Notes under the pieces: model-generated
Database searches by the model: none
Seen by the model: only the letters and a program-made list of their open reading frames with translations
Told to the model about the DNA's origin: nothing
Part shown: positions 49,978 to 60,984 of the stretch, one piece after another
Numbering within the stretch: position 1 is the stretch's first letter
How the letters are laid out: the number at the start of each line of letters is the position of its first letter
DNA from: Trichinella spiralis
Lineage: Eukaryota
Assembly (NCBI RefSeq): GCF_000181795.1
Contig: NW_003526943.1
Location: 10,861,759 to 10,925,758, forward strand
Length of the DNA: 64,000 nucleotides
Direction of reading: 5' to 3'
Made by a program: the position numbers and the translations under genes

Positions 49978-52942
49978 ATGTGTGACAAAGCAGAGGTATT
50001 AACAACAATACTTTTTTTATTATTATCTCTTCCCTGATTTGCCATCTTTCACTAACGGGTGATTTGTTTCTGACAGGGTTTTACTTATTTTTGTCTTCTT
50101 TTGTTGCAATTTGCAACGCTTGAAATTTAGTTTCATCGTTGTAATTTATGTCTTCCCATCATTACTGTAGTTTATTAAAACATCAACGATGAGTAAAAAT
50201 GACGAAAAGAAAGTAGGCAGGGGAAAGTGTAGTGATTAAAGTGAGAATTTTTAATGGATCAATTTAGAGTATCCATGATACTGATTTGAATGATTTGCCT
50301 GACGATGATTACCATTCTTTGCTGGTAGCGGCTAGTCAGCCTAATTATCGCAAAAAGGCGTCCGCTGCATTAGGCGATATTCCTAACGGAAGTAATTCCT
50401 GTTCACTTTCTGAAGCAGCGCGAAACATTTTGAATGATTTGCAAGTAAAAGCCAATGAAGATCAGCAGCGCACCGATCGTTTAACTGGTAGGCTAAACAT
50501 TATTTCTGTGAATTCTGTATTCCTATTTTTAATGTTTCTCTCCTAGAAGTGAAGTTTGCAAAGTTTATGATTTCCGACTTTGGGGATCTTGGTTTTGCGG
50601 TACGTGAACATATCATATGCAATTTCATATGTACAGACTAGATTTGTCGACTGTTTTAGAATACTGATTATTTGCTTCAGAAGTCAAAATCGACAGATAA
50701 GGTAAAAAATGAGTTTTGTATCAATACAATTAATAGTGTAATGTTTTTCAAATTGGAATGATAGGGACATCTTGCTTGTTTTATATTGCACATATTTTGC
50801 TTGAAATTTACAAACTTTTGGTAATGTTTAGTTTGAAATGTTTTAGTCAAATTTAACTAAAGTCATAATTATTTAGAATTATAAATTACAAGTTGTCATT
50901 TAACATAAATCACTTTTTATGACATTTCATTTTATAATATGTTTTCTATTTTATATAATAAAGTTGACAATTTCAAATTCAAAAGAATTTGTAATTTGAG
51001 TTGATTTTGCTGGAGAAGGAATTGATTTTCCAAAGTACGAAGCTAATTAAGATTAGCCATGCATTTAATCAGTGTGCAGTAGTATTATAAATTAAGTGAA
51101 ATAGTTTGGTGAAATTTTTGCATAGGATAGGTGATGAAATTAAATTTCATGAAACTAACGAATTTGTATTTTCATTGAATTGTCTTGTGTATGCAATTTT
51201 ATGATAGATTTTGATTAGAAATTTATTTTTTATTTTTCATTTATAAATAAATGAATTATTGATATGAATTTACATATAATAATTTTTTTTGAAATTTCGC
51301 GTATGTATACTGTATTTTAACCTGACAATTTGTATTATGGTACAGTATACCGTTTCATTTGTTCATTACGTCGATTGCGTGGTTATTTGCGCGAACACGA
51401 TTACCCAATTGACCTGCTTGCTCTGTTGGCCTTTGCGCTGCAGTTGTTGTCGATGTTGGCTCCAGTGCCCGAGCACCATTTGTATCGCTGACATTTGTCG
51501 CGTGCCAAAAGTTTCGTTTTTTCCGTTCCTCCGGGGCAGCGGCATGTTTGAAGCGAACGTGGCCAGCACGTTTTGACTTTCTTTAGAAAAAATTTTCCCC
51601 ACTCACTTTGTTGAACTGTTGACTTGTACTTAATTTTCTGTTGATTTCATCAATTGATCGTTCGATTTTTATTTCTTTGCATGACAATTTGACGCCGGTA
51701 TTGTTTGCACCAAAATTTTGTGTCGTCATTTGAACAAAATTGCTGTCCACAGTTGCATGTCGAATGAAGCATGACTATATGGAAATTTCATTTTCGTTTT
51801 CACCTTCTTTCATTTCTGTTATATTCTTTTAGAATTTACATTTTTCAACTACAAAAACTGTCATGACTGATAAACTGCCGCTTTCGACCGAAAATTCGTC
51901 GTCGTCTGCTTCATCGAGAATGACAACTGCTGATCAATCTAGAGCAGAAAATTCGGTCAGATGCGTGTTTGAAACGGGTTCGCTTTTTGATGTCTCGTTG
52001 AAAAATGCTTTAAGGTAAACATTGTAACTGTGATTTCTTTTTTTTGCTATCTATGCTGTGTTTTGTTTTCTTTCTTTGTTAGTTTTTGTTTTAATCATTT
52101 TCAATGTTGCTTATAGCAATGCAATAGACGAGTAGTGGGTGATTGATTGATTGATTATATATATATATATATATATGTTTTTTTTGTTGTTTTTAGATTG
52201 AACCCTGATGCGATACAAAAAGGATTGGTGAATTGTGATACTCTTTCTGCGTTATCGTCAATGGCAGCAAAGATAAATGAAAAGAAACCTGAACCGAAAA
52301 AGTCGAGTTGCAATTCTTATTTCAATGGTAAATTTTTTTCGCATTTACATGAAACGAACTTTTATTTTTATTAAGGAACTTGCTTTAAGTGGGAGGGTTT
52401 TTTTGGGTGATGTAGTGTGTTATTGTTAAAATTTCACAATTCTTAGAAGAAAATAATTTGTCTAAGAAGATTTCCCTCTTTTCATTGAATAAATAAAGAA
52501 AAAAAATGCTTTTCAGTTGTGTTAAAGAGTTTAGTTTAATTATTTTTGTTTTGTTTTGTAGATGATTTGTTCTTTTCGAAAATTAATCCAGCGTGGATTC
52601 CTCAACATGAAAAAACCGATGCGAATTCCGTCGCCAGAGTTCATCATCAATTGTTGTACCGTCGTCGAAATAAATACGGCAAGGAAGATTTCAGTTGTGT
52701 AGTGAATCATTGCGCCGACAGTAAGGATACGGATTTGCTGGATGATCTGGTTAACGTTATTGGAGAAGAAAAAGTGACAACCGTGCAGTCGCGTCGTAAC
52801 AAGCACAACAAGAAGCGCAACGAGAAATTAATTCACAGCGACGACGAAAGCGCCAAAGCGGGTATGCCGAAATTGTCGACTCGGGCGAAGTCTGAAAATT
52901 CCATTCCGGAAACTAACAAGAAGGAAAAGAAAGATAAAAAGC

Positions 52943-52977
<35 letters not shown>

Positions 52978-53688
52978 AGTAATCAGAAAGTGACGAGTAA
53001 TGCTGTTCAAGAGCAACAGCAGCAGCAGCAGCAGGTTGTAAAAGTTGAAGAGGAAGAAGAAGAAGCGACAGCAACAGCCACAGCACCAGCAGCAGCAGCT
53101 ATTGTTAATTCAGTGCCAGCCGATGCTGTTGCAGAAAACAAAGAGAAGAGTTGTTGGTCAGATTTAATGGAAGAGTGCGCCGATGCGGACGAAGAGGAAG
53201 GCGCTTTCTTGCCAGTTGTGAATCGTCGATTTCGTCGCGGTAGACAGGCGAACAAAGCGGCTAATTTGGAAAAAGCGACGCGGTCGAAAACGCCGCCCAT
53301 GCTGGCGCCGGTTGACCGGGCGGCAGAGGATTGGAACCGTCGTCGTCGTGGCTCCTACGAGCACGTCGGTCGTGATGGTGAATTGCACAACAACTGCCGC
53401 ACCTATCGGGTCCAGAATCGTCAAAATACCGCCGGCACTTTTCGTGGTCAGGGTAGATGGAACGGGCGATCTAGGCGTGGTGGCGGTGAGCACGGTGGTG
53501 GACCAGGCGGAAGCTGGACAAGCCGAGCTCCGCCGGCTCACGCGGTATCTTTGCAATCGTCGCGGGAATCTTCACCGACGAAAAACGGTGCGGCTACATG
53601 TTCTAGTCGAAATCAGTCGACCGCATCAGCACCGGCTTTGAACACAGCTCTGATCAACGCTGGCAAAAATAATAATAACAGCGGCAGC

Positions 53689-53719
<31 letters not shown>

Positions 53720-54634
53720 GCAATATTTCCGGCGGTTGGAAAACTGCCCGGCCTGTTTGCGAATCTCTCTGCTTGGAAACGAGCAACAGTAGCAGAGGAT
53801 CGACCGGGCAAGTTTGTTCGTACGCAGCCATAACGTCGGGACGTCGTCCGACGGGCAGACGACCAATGGGAGCGACCAAAGATGTTCCAGAGACGGTCGC
53901 TGAATCTTCGGTCGCGTGCCAGCAGCAACAGCAACAACAACAACAGCAACAGAGAACCATTGACACTGGTGCAGTGTGTTCTAGCAGTTCAACAGGTCGG
54001 GCAAATTCACTTCCGGCTTCTGGCAATAAAGCGCCTCTCAATTTGGCTGCTTTTCCACCGTTGGGGCCAGCCGTCAGCAGCGGTTGTCATGTGCAGCAAC
54101 AATCTTCGCATGCGGTCGTCGGTCACATGCCAGCAACAACACTGGCCAGTAGTAATAACGTTGTGCAAGCGAATTTGGTCACGGCAGGAACTAGGAACAA
54201 CAACTACCAGCGAAGAAGTATTATTTATATTAATGTTGTTGTTGTTGTTGATCACAACATATATTTTGTTGTCTAACTTTTGCTTTTTTTTAAAGCATTG
54301 TTGTCGTCAGAAGAACAGTCGAATAATGAGAGGAGAAGATTTGCACTTGTTCATATTCGAGTTGATCCTTCGAAATTATCGCCAACAGCACGATTTGCCA
54401 TGAAAAGTAAACATTTGTTTTATTTCACTTATTTCATTAATTAATTTTTTAAAATGCTGTATGGAATATTGAAAGAAATATTATTTGTAATGCAAATTTT
54501 TGTTTTTAGTGTGGAATGTGTTCGTGGATAACTGCGATAAAGGTAAACTGTCGCGGATGAACAAACGATTTTATAAATTATATAGAAAGATGTCATTTTT
54601 TTATCATTTAGATACTGTCGTTGTGATGGATTGA
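49978..54634 (+). CDS. Uncharacterised, largely disordered protein (poly-N/Q/E, RG-rich), ~10-11 exons
   Basis: Phase-consistent GT-AG chain: 49978-49995, 50171-50212, 50268-50487, 50547-50599, 50660-50701, 51833-52014, 52197-52327, 52562-54217, 54296-54407, ~54510-54542, 54612-54634 (ends DTVVVMD*). An internal promoter near 51.3-51.6 kb (ATG 51863) is possible, so this may be two genes. Confidence 0.7.
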
Positions 54635-55834
54635 TGATCCGTGAATTCTCTGACCATCTTTTGCAATGTTGGAACGTGAATTCTTTTTTTTCTGCGAAGC
54701 TTTTTTTTCTTTTCTCATTTCTTCTCTCTGTTAACCAAAAAATATTCATTATTGTTTTTTTTGCTTGTTAAAAAATTTGCGGGGTCAAAATTGTTCAGCA
54801 ACACGTCTCTCAACTGTGCAATTGTTACGCTGTGTGTTTTTTCTATTCTTTGTTTAAAAACGCTTCCCTGTCCATCCTGTGAGTAGGAAATTCAGACAGA
54901 GATGGTCATCATTAATTATTTAGATATAAAATTTTGTTTCTCATCATTTTTTCCTTCCCTTTTCGTTTTTCTTCAAATTGTCTGCGGACTGCTTGTGTTC
55001 GATCTAAATTGGGAATATAATCGTCATCATCAATCATACTTGGATGGAATTGTTGGTGCGCTTGATGCCCAGTCGGTCGGTATATTGATGTTCGTTCCAT
55101 ACAGTTGTACTTTTTTTTTCTTCCTTCTTTTATCATTATTGTCAATTATCGTGGTTTGTTGATTGAGTGATTTATTTTCTCTTTACAAGTGAATATGTTT
55201 TTTTCATCCAGTGGATGGATGGATGGTTGGATATTCTTCTTTCTTTTACGCTCTTTCAGCAACGTCTCATATTATCCCCCCAAAAATGCGGTTTTCCTTA
55301 TTATTTTTTGTTTTCATTGCTTTTGATTATTTTGATGCTTTTTTTCTTCATCGATTGCGCACAAATCATACGCATACATTGTTTGTTACTTGTGCTGTGT
55401 AAAATGAGGAATGGTGCCTTTTTATTGGCCTTTATATATTATATATTTATATGCATACATATATCTATTTATTTTCTTGATCAGAACAGTTATTATTTTC
55501 ATTGTTTTTACGATGGCTAAAATTGTGTGATGCAGTAAGTCTGTGTGCATGGTGGATTTTTTATGTGCTTTCTCATCAATTTACATGTACTTGTGAAAAG
55601 AATTTATTTTTCTGTAAATTGTGTATGTCAAGCAAAGATTTGAAGTAAAAATTATGCATCAATAATGCCGTGAAAATAATTTCTTCTGTTGTTTGTTGTA
55701 CTGCAAATTTGGTCGATACATTGTCCAAACTGGTGTGTGTTGTGTGAAATTTAAATTTTGTTTGTTTGTTTGTTTGTTTTTGTGAAGGTGATTTTGTAAG
55801 TTTAGTTTTTGTCTATTGAGGACTGAGATAGAGC

Positions 55835-57831
55835 ATGGCGTTGAAATTGGATAAGGTGCAGTCGATGTTTGAAGAGTATATGGAAACTGGCCAGTGGGAA
55901 AGTGCCCTGTTCTGGTGCGAACGTATCCTGCACCTGCATCCGAATTCAGCTTTGTACACGTTCCGCTTCGTCCAATGTATGCAGTTGGCCGGCTTCCATC
56001 GCCGAGCTTACAGTTACATCGAACGTAAGAAGCTTTTCGAACAGCACGAATTGTTCCTCTACTTGGCCATGCAGTGTTTGCCGGGCGACGACTACTGCGA
56101 CGAATTGTTGCAACTGGCCGGCAATGCTGCCGCCAACGCCGGTGTCGGTATCAGTGGCAATAACATCAACAACAACAGTAATAATAACGATGATGACAAC
56201 AAGGATGGTGATGATTTGTCGCAGGCTGTTTGCACGGAAGTGGTCACGTTGGACGGTATAGAAGATTTGGATGCCATCGCGGTTCGTTGGAAAGTGAAAG
56301 GGAAAATTTTATTGTTGAAAGGTTGGTCACAGTGGAGGAGGCGTTTTTTTTCTGTCTGCCTTTGCTTGCTTGTTGAATTCTATTGTTCAATTATTCATTC
56401 AAAACAATTCAAGGTAAAGCGTTGGAAAGAACCGGCGCTTGCGAACAAGCGGTCGCCGCTTACGTGGAATGCTTGAAGCAGGATATTTTCTGCGCCGAAG
56501 CGGCCGAGCATTTGTTTGGAAAAAGCCTAATCAGCGAACAGCAGAAGAGAACAGTGCTCGAAGAGTTGCAGTCGCAGATCGGTTCGCAGGGTCTGTTGCC
56601 GCCGGATCTGCTCCATTACTATTATTTCACCGTTTCTGAGAACGGCTACAGCGCCGAACTGTCGAAAAGGATCCTTTCGGCTTGGCCCCAGCTGGAGAAC
56701 AACGTCGAAATTCTGCTGCCCAGGGCCAGACGCTTGTACACGGTCGGCTTGTTCGACGAAGCTTGCCGTCTGACCAAGCTGCTTCTCGACCAGGACCGCT
56801 ACAACAGCAAAGTGTTGCAGTTGCACGTCTGCGTACTGGTCGAATTGCAACAGGCGAACGATCTGTTCGTCGTCGCCCACAGTTTGGGCACGGACGTGCC
56901 GTCGGATCCGGTCAGCTGGTACGCCATGGCCTGCTACAGTCACGTCAAGGGCAGTTACGACAGCGCCAAACGCTACTTTCGCAAGGCGACCGCCCTGGAG
57001 CCGCGCTACGGCCTGGCTTGGATCGGCCACGGCCGCAGTTGCGCCGCCGACCACGAGCACGACCAGGCGATGTCGTGCTACGTCCGCGCCAGCGACTGCA
57101 TGCCCGGCGACCCGTTGCCGTTGCTCTGCATCAGCTCCGAATACAGTCTGATCAGCAACTACACCCTGGCCGAACGGTACTCGACCCAGGCGGTGGCGCT
57201 GGCGCCGGACGAGCCCGACTCTCTGCACGAGATGGGCGTGCTGATGTTCCGCATGGAACGCCACGACGACGCGCGCCACTACATGACCCAGGCATTGCGC
57301 GAACTGCGGGCCCGCCTCCAAGAACTGGACGTCAACAGCGCCGTGCCGAACAACTTGCCCGTCCGCTTCGAGGCGCTGCTGAACAACCTCGGCCACCTGT
57401 ACCGGCGCGTCGACCAACCGGAACGGGCGTTGAAATACCACCAGCTGGCGCTGTCGTTGCAGCCGCAGCGCGCCGACACGCACGCGTCGACGGGCATGGC
57501 GTTGGCGTCGTTGAACCGTCCGTCGCAGGCGTTTCAATTTTTGAAACAAGCGCTCACGTTGGACCCGTGCAACGAGCCGGCGACGGTTCTCATACCGGAA
57601 ATTATGGCCCAACTCTGCGCGGACATACCGATTCGACCGGTCACGGTTGCCGATGACCACGACGACCACGACCACGACCACGACCACGACGACCACGACC
57701 ACGACGATGATGACGAAGACAACGACGTCCACATGGCCGAGACGAGCGACGACGAGCTGATAATCCAAGGTCAGCAACGGGACAGCACCGAAGCGGAAAC
57801 GGATTCGGCTGGTGGAACGAACTCGACATGA
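55835..57831 (+). CDS. CDC16: Anaphase-promoting complex subunit 6 (TPR protein), 2 exons (intron 56322-56413)
   Basis: WESALFWCER; KILLLKG|KALE...YVECLKQDIFCAEA; PVSWYAMACY; AKRYFRKATALEPRYGLAWIGHG...EHDQAMSCY; HEMGV; EALLNNLGHLYRR; ALKYHQLAL. Confidence 0.95.
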
Positions 57832-57974
57832 TTTTTATTTTATATCGCATTGAAAAGTAATAAGATCATCGATTTAATCGCATTTTCAAAAATGATTCAA
57901 TAAATAATAAATCAATCCACGCACGCAGATACAACAACACACATATATGTTGTATACGTCAAATTTGTTCTTCT

Positions 57975-59795
57975 TCACGCCTTTCGTGTTGCACAGTCCT
58001 TGCACAACTGCTGCAAGGCCAGTTTCAACTGACAATTGGGAAAGTCGTTCAAACATCGTACCGCTTGATCAGCAAATTGTTCAATCAACTGTCTGGTGCG
58101 AAAAATGCCGTCACTTTCGTTCAACACCAATTCCATGCAACGACTGACGTCTGTCGGCCTGGAAAATTTACGCCTAATCATCTTCACAATTTCCAACTTC
58201 TGTTCAACAATACAGACGACGGATGTAGTAAAACAATTTTCATCAAAAAAAAAAACATTGTGAAGCACACACACATACACAGATATTGAAGAAAGCAGAT
58301 ATAGAGAATACTGAGAAAATTATTCAAATTTTACCTGACCAGCGGCAAATAGAACCGGGGCAGTGACGATACCCAGTTGAAGATCCACTCGGGACGGTTT
58401 GCCCAGTGTTGTTGAATCGACTGAACAAAAATCCAACAAATCGTCGACCAGTTGAAACATCAAACCGAAATTTCGACCAAACTGATAAACATTTTTCACG
58501 CAAAGTTCCGAACAATTTGCCAGCACGGCTGCCTGGAAAAGAGGAAAAATTTAAATATTCCAACAACAACCATCCACTGTTCACTGCTCACAGCTTTCAA
58601 AGAATTGCTGAACAAGCTGCCGGTCTTTTTGTAACACTTTGTCAAATATTCACTGAACAATCTGCTCTCGTCCGATCCACTTTCCATTTGAATCAACTCC
58701 CCTTTGACAAGATCGTCGAGAATCTATTCAGTATTATTATTTAATTATCCAATAACAAACACACACACATACTTTCGATACAATGCTGATCACTTCAGCG
58801 TTGTTAATTGATGTCAACAGAATGGTCGCTTTGGCCAGAATAATATCACCGAAAAAAGTTGCCTGAAAAAATGACAATTCATTTTTTTACCATCAAATAT
58901 TAATTAATACAAATAAATGTCTGTGAACGTTTATAGTTCGAGAATAGAAGAGAAATATTCAAGAACTGAACTTCGTTCATATAATAATTCACTATTGCGC
59001 ATTTGTACTTCTTTTTTGTCAAAAATACAAACAAGACTATCATCAATGCGCAGCTAACTGTGAAACAATATTTTTTTTCCAAAAAAAAAGCGATCAAATT
59101 CTTACAGTTTTATATCCGTGCGTCGCGTTCACCGTTGGTATGTTGCGACGACGATCCGAATCGTCGACCACATCGTCATGCACCAAAGAAGCGGTGTGAA
59201 TCATTTCCGCGATCATTGCAATCTTGTACTGAGCATCGGTTATACAACTAAAATAGATCAAACATTTATTTGCCCGACTAGAAATCATACATACAAGTTA
59301 AGGAAGAAAATGAAAAGTATATTCACGTAGAGTTGGTCTGATTTTTCAAAGCATTGCATAAGCCGGACATAAGTAAAACTAATATAGGTCGTATCATTTT
59401 TCCACCCGTAGAAAATGTACGAAACAACAAACTGTTCACTTCCTTGTTTGATGACGTCGCGCAAAACTGAAAAATGAAATAAATAATCCCTCTTCTCTTT
59501 TCAATATTTTGCTTTACATCATAAATATCCGCTTGAAGATGTCTGATTTTATCAACAATTTGATTGGGCAGTAGTTTGTGGAAGTGCAAGCGTTCAGAAG
59601 TATTATTAGCCGACTGAAATGTGTGGCAGTGATGCGAAGAATTTCTCAACGGCAACGTGAAGTTCAAATCTGAAAACCAAATGAACGTCAAAAACATCAA
59701 ACCAAACAATGCTACAAAAATTTACCTCTGTGGAAACGGAACAAATTCCGCACACAACTTCGAAGGACACAACTATTCGGAATTTCAAACCACAT
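57975..59795 (-). CDS. PDSS1: Decaprenyl/trans-prenyl diphosphate synthase subunit 1 (coq-1 like), ~8 exons
   Basis: GGKMIRPILVLL; IAEMIHTASLVHDDVVDDSDRRR (first DDxxD); YKKTGSLFSNSLKA; FGRNFGLMFQLVDDLLDF (second DDxxD); LGKPSRVDLQLGIVTAPVLFA; ends CATRKA*. Start MWFEIPNS at 59795 is inferred. Confidence 0.92.
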
Positions 59796-60984
59796 GATCA
59801 AAGGAGAAAAGCTTCTCTCTGCCTTGTCGTCTCAAGCCATATATTTCTTTTTTTACGACTACGGGTAAAACTCAACGAAGCGTACGTTCAGCAGTGAAAA
59901 TTATCAAATCAAATTAATCATTTTTACTAATCTGTCTGTTAATAAATGGCGAGAAAACTGCAAACACCCAATCAAAGAAAGACAAATTTTCAATGACGCT
60001 TGGAATAGAATAATCTGATTTTCAAGATCAATTTTACAAAAATAAAACATCACAATTTCAGTTGAAGCGAAATAAACAATACGAGGTAAATGATTTAAAA
60101 ATTTATTTACTACAATTATTTGTAACAACTTATTTGAAACAAGCGATTTATGAATCACGATCCACTGAAAGACCTGGAAAATAAATTTAGTTTTTGAAGC
60201 CGACCTATTATGGTATGGCCATATTTTTTATTACTATTTTCGTCTGTTTTATTGTTCACATTTTTGTTTCTATTGATGATTTACAACCTGAAAAGTGTTA
60301 AGTTGACCGTCAGCATTTTGCGCTCAACTTAAAATGCAACAAGTAAAACGAAAAGTTGTTCAATTTTTATATATTTATTTTAACTTTATCGACCAATAGA
60401 ATAAACTCAAATAACTGAAACATATCAGACGGAGCACCTGAAACGTTTATATAAGAGACCCATAAAAGTGCAATCACTTTTCAGAACTTTATTGCATTTT
60501 AGTTGAATAAAAGCAGCTTAACCATTAAATTAATGCACTGTTCAATTCAAAAGCAATTTTTGTGCAATATAAAACCGAAGTGACTGCCTTTTGAAATTCA
60601 TCATTTTACAATGCACAAATTTCGCATGTTATTTGATTTTATTAAGCTACAAAACATACTTTTTAAAATGTGAAATTCGTGATTTTATCATTTAACTTTG
60701 AAATTCATGCACTCATATGCATGCGTTTCTCGACTCTAATTATTTATATTTGCACTTCAAATGTTCACGAAATATTATTTCTTGCATTACATACAGTAAC
60801 CTACAGTAATTCCGTTGTTTCCTTTTTGAAGGAATTTGTAGTTGTTGGTATTGTTTTGATGATTTCATTGAAATATGTTGCCGTTGTTTTTTACATATTT
60901 TAAGATAGTTGCATCATTTGTTAACGCAAATGTGGATAGACGTTTATTTATCGCTGTTTAGAGCGTTCAGTTCTGTTAGTAGAA

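Noticed and set aside
50400..50600. Faint resemblance of NILNDLQVKA...EVKFAKFMISDFGD to the Nop16 C-terminus
   Set aside because: Too short; the downstream Nop16 motifs are absent and the exons splice in frame into the orphan gene.
56527..57777. 416-aa antisense and 324-aa frameshifted ORFs over CDC16
   Set aside because: Same codon-bias artefact.
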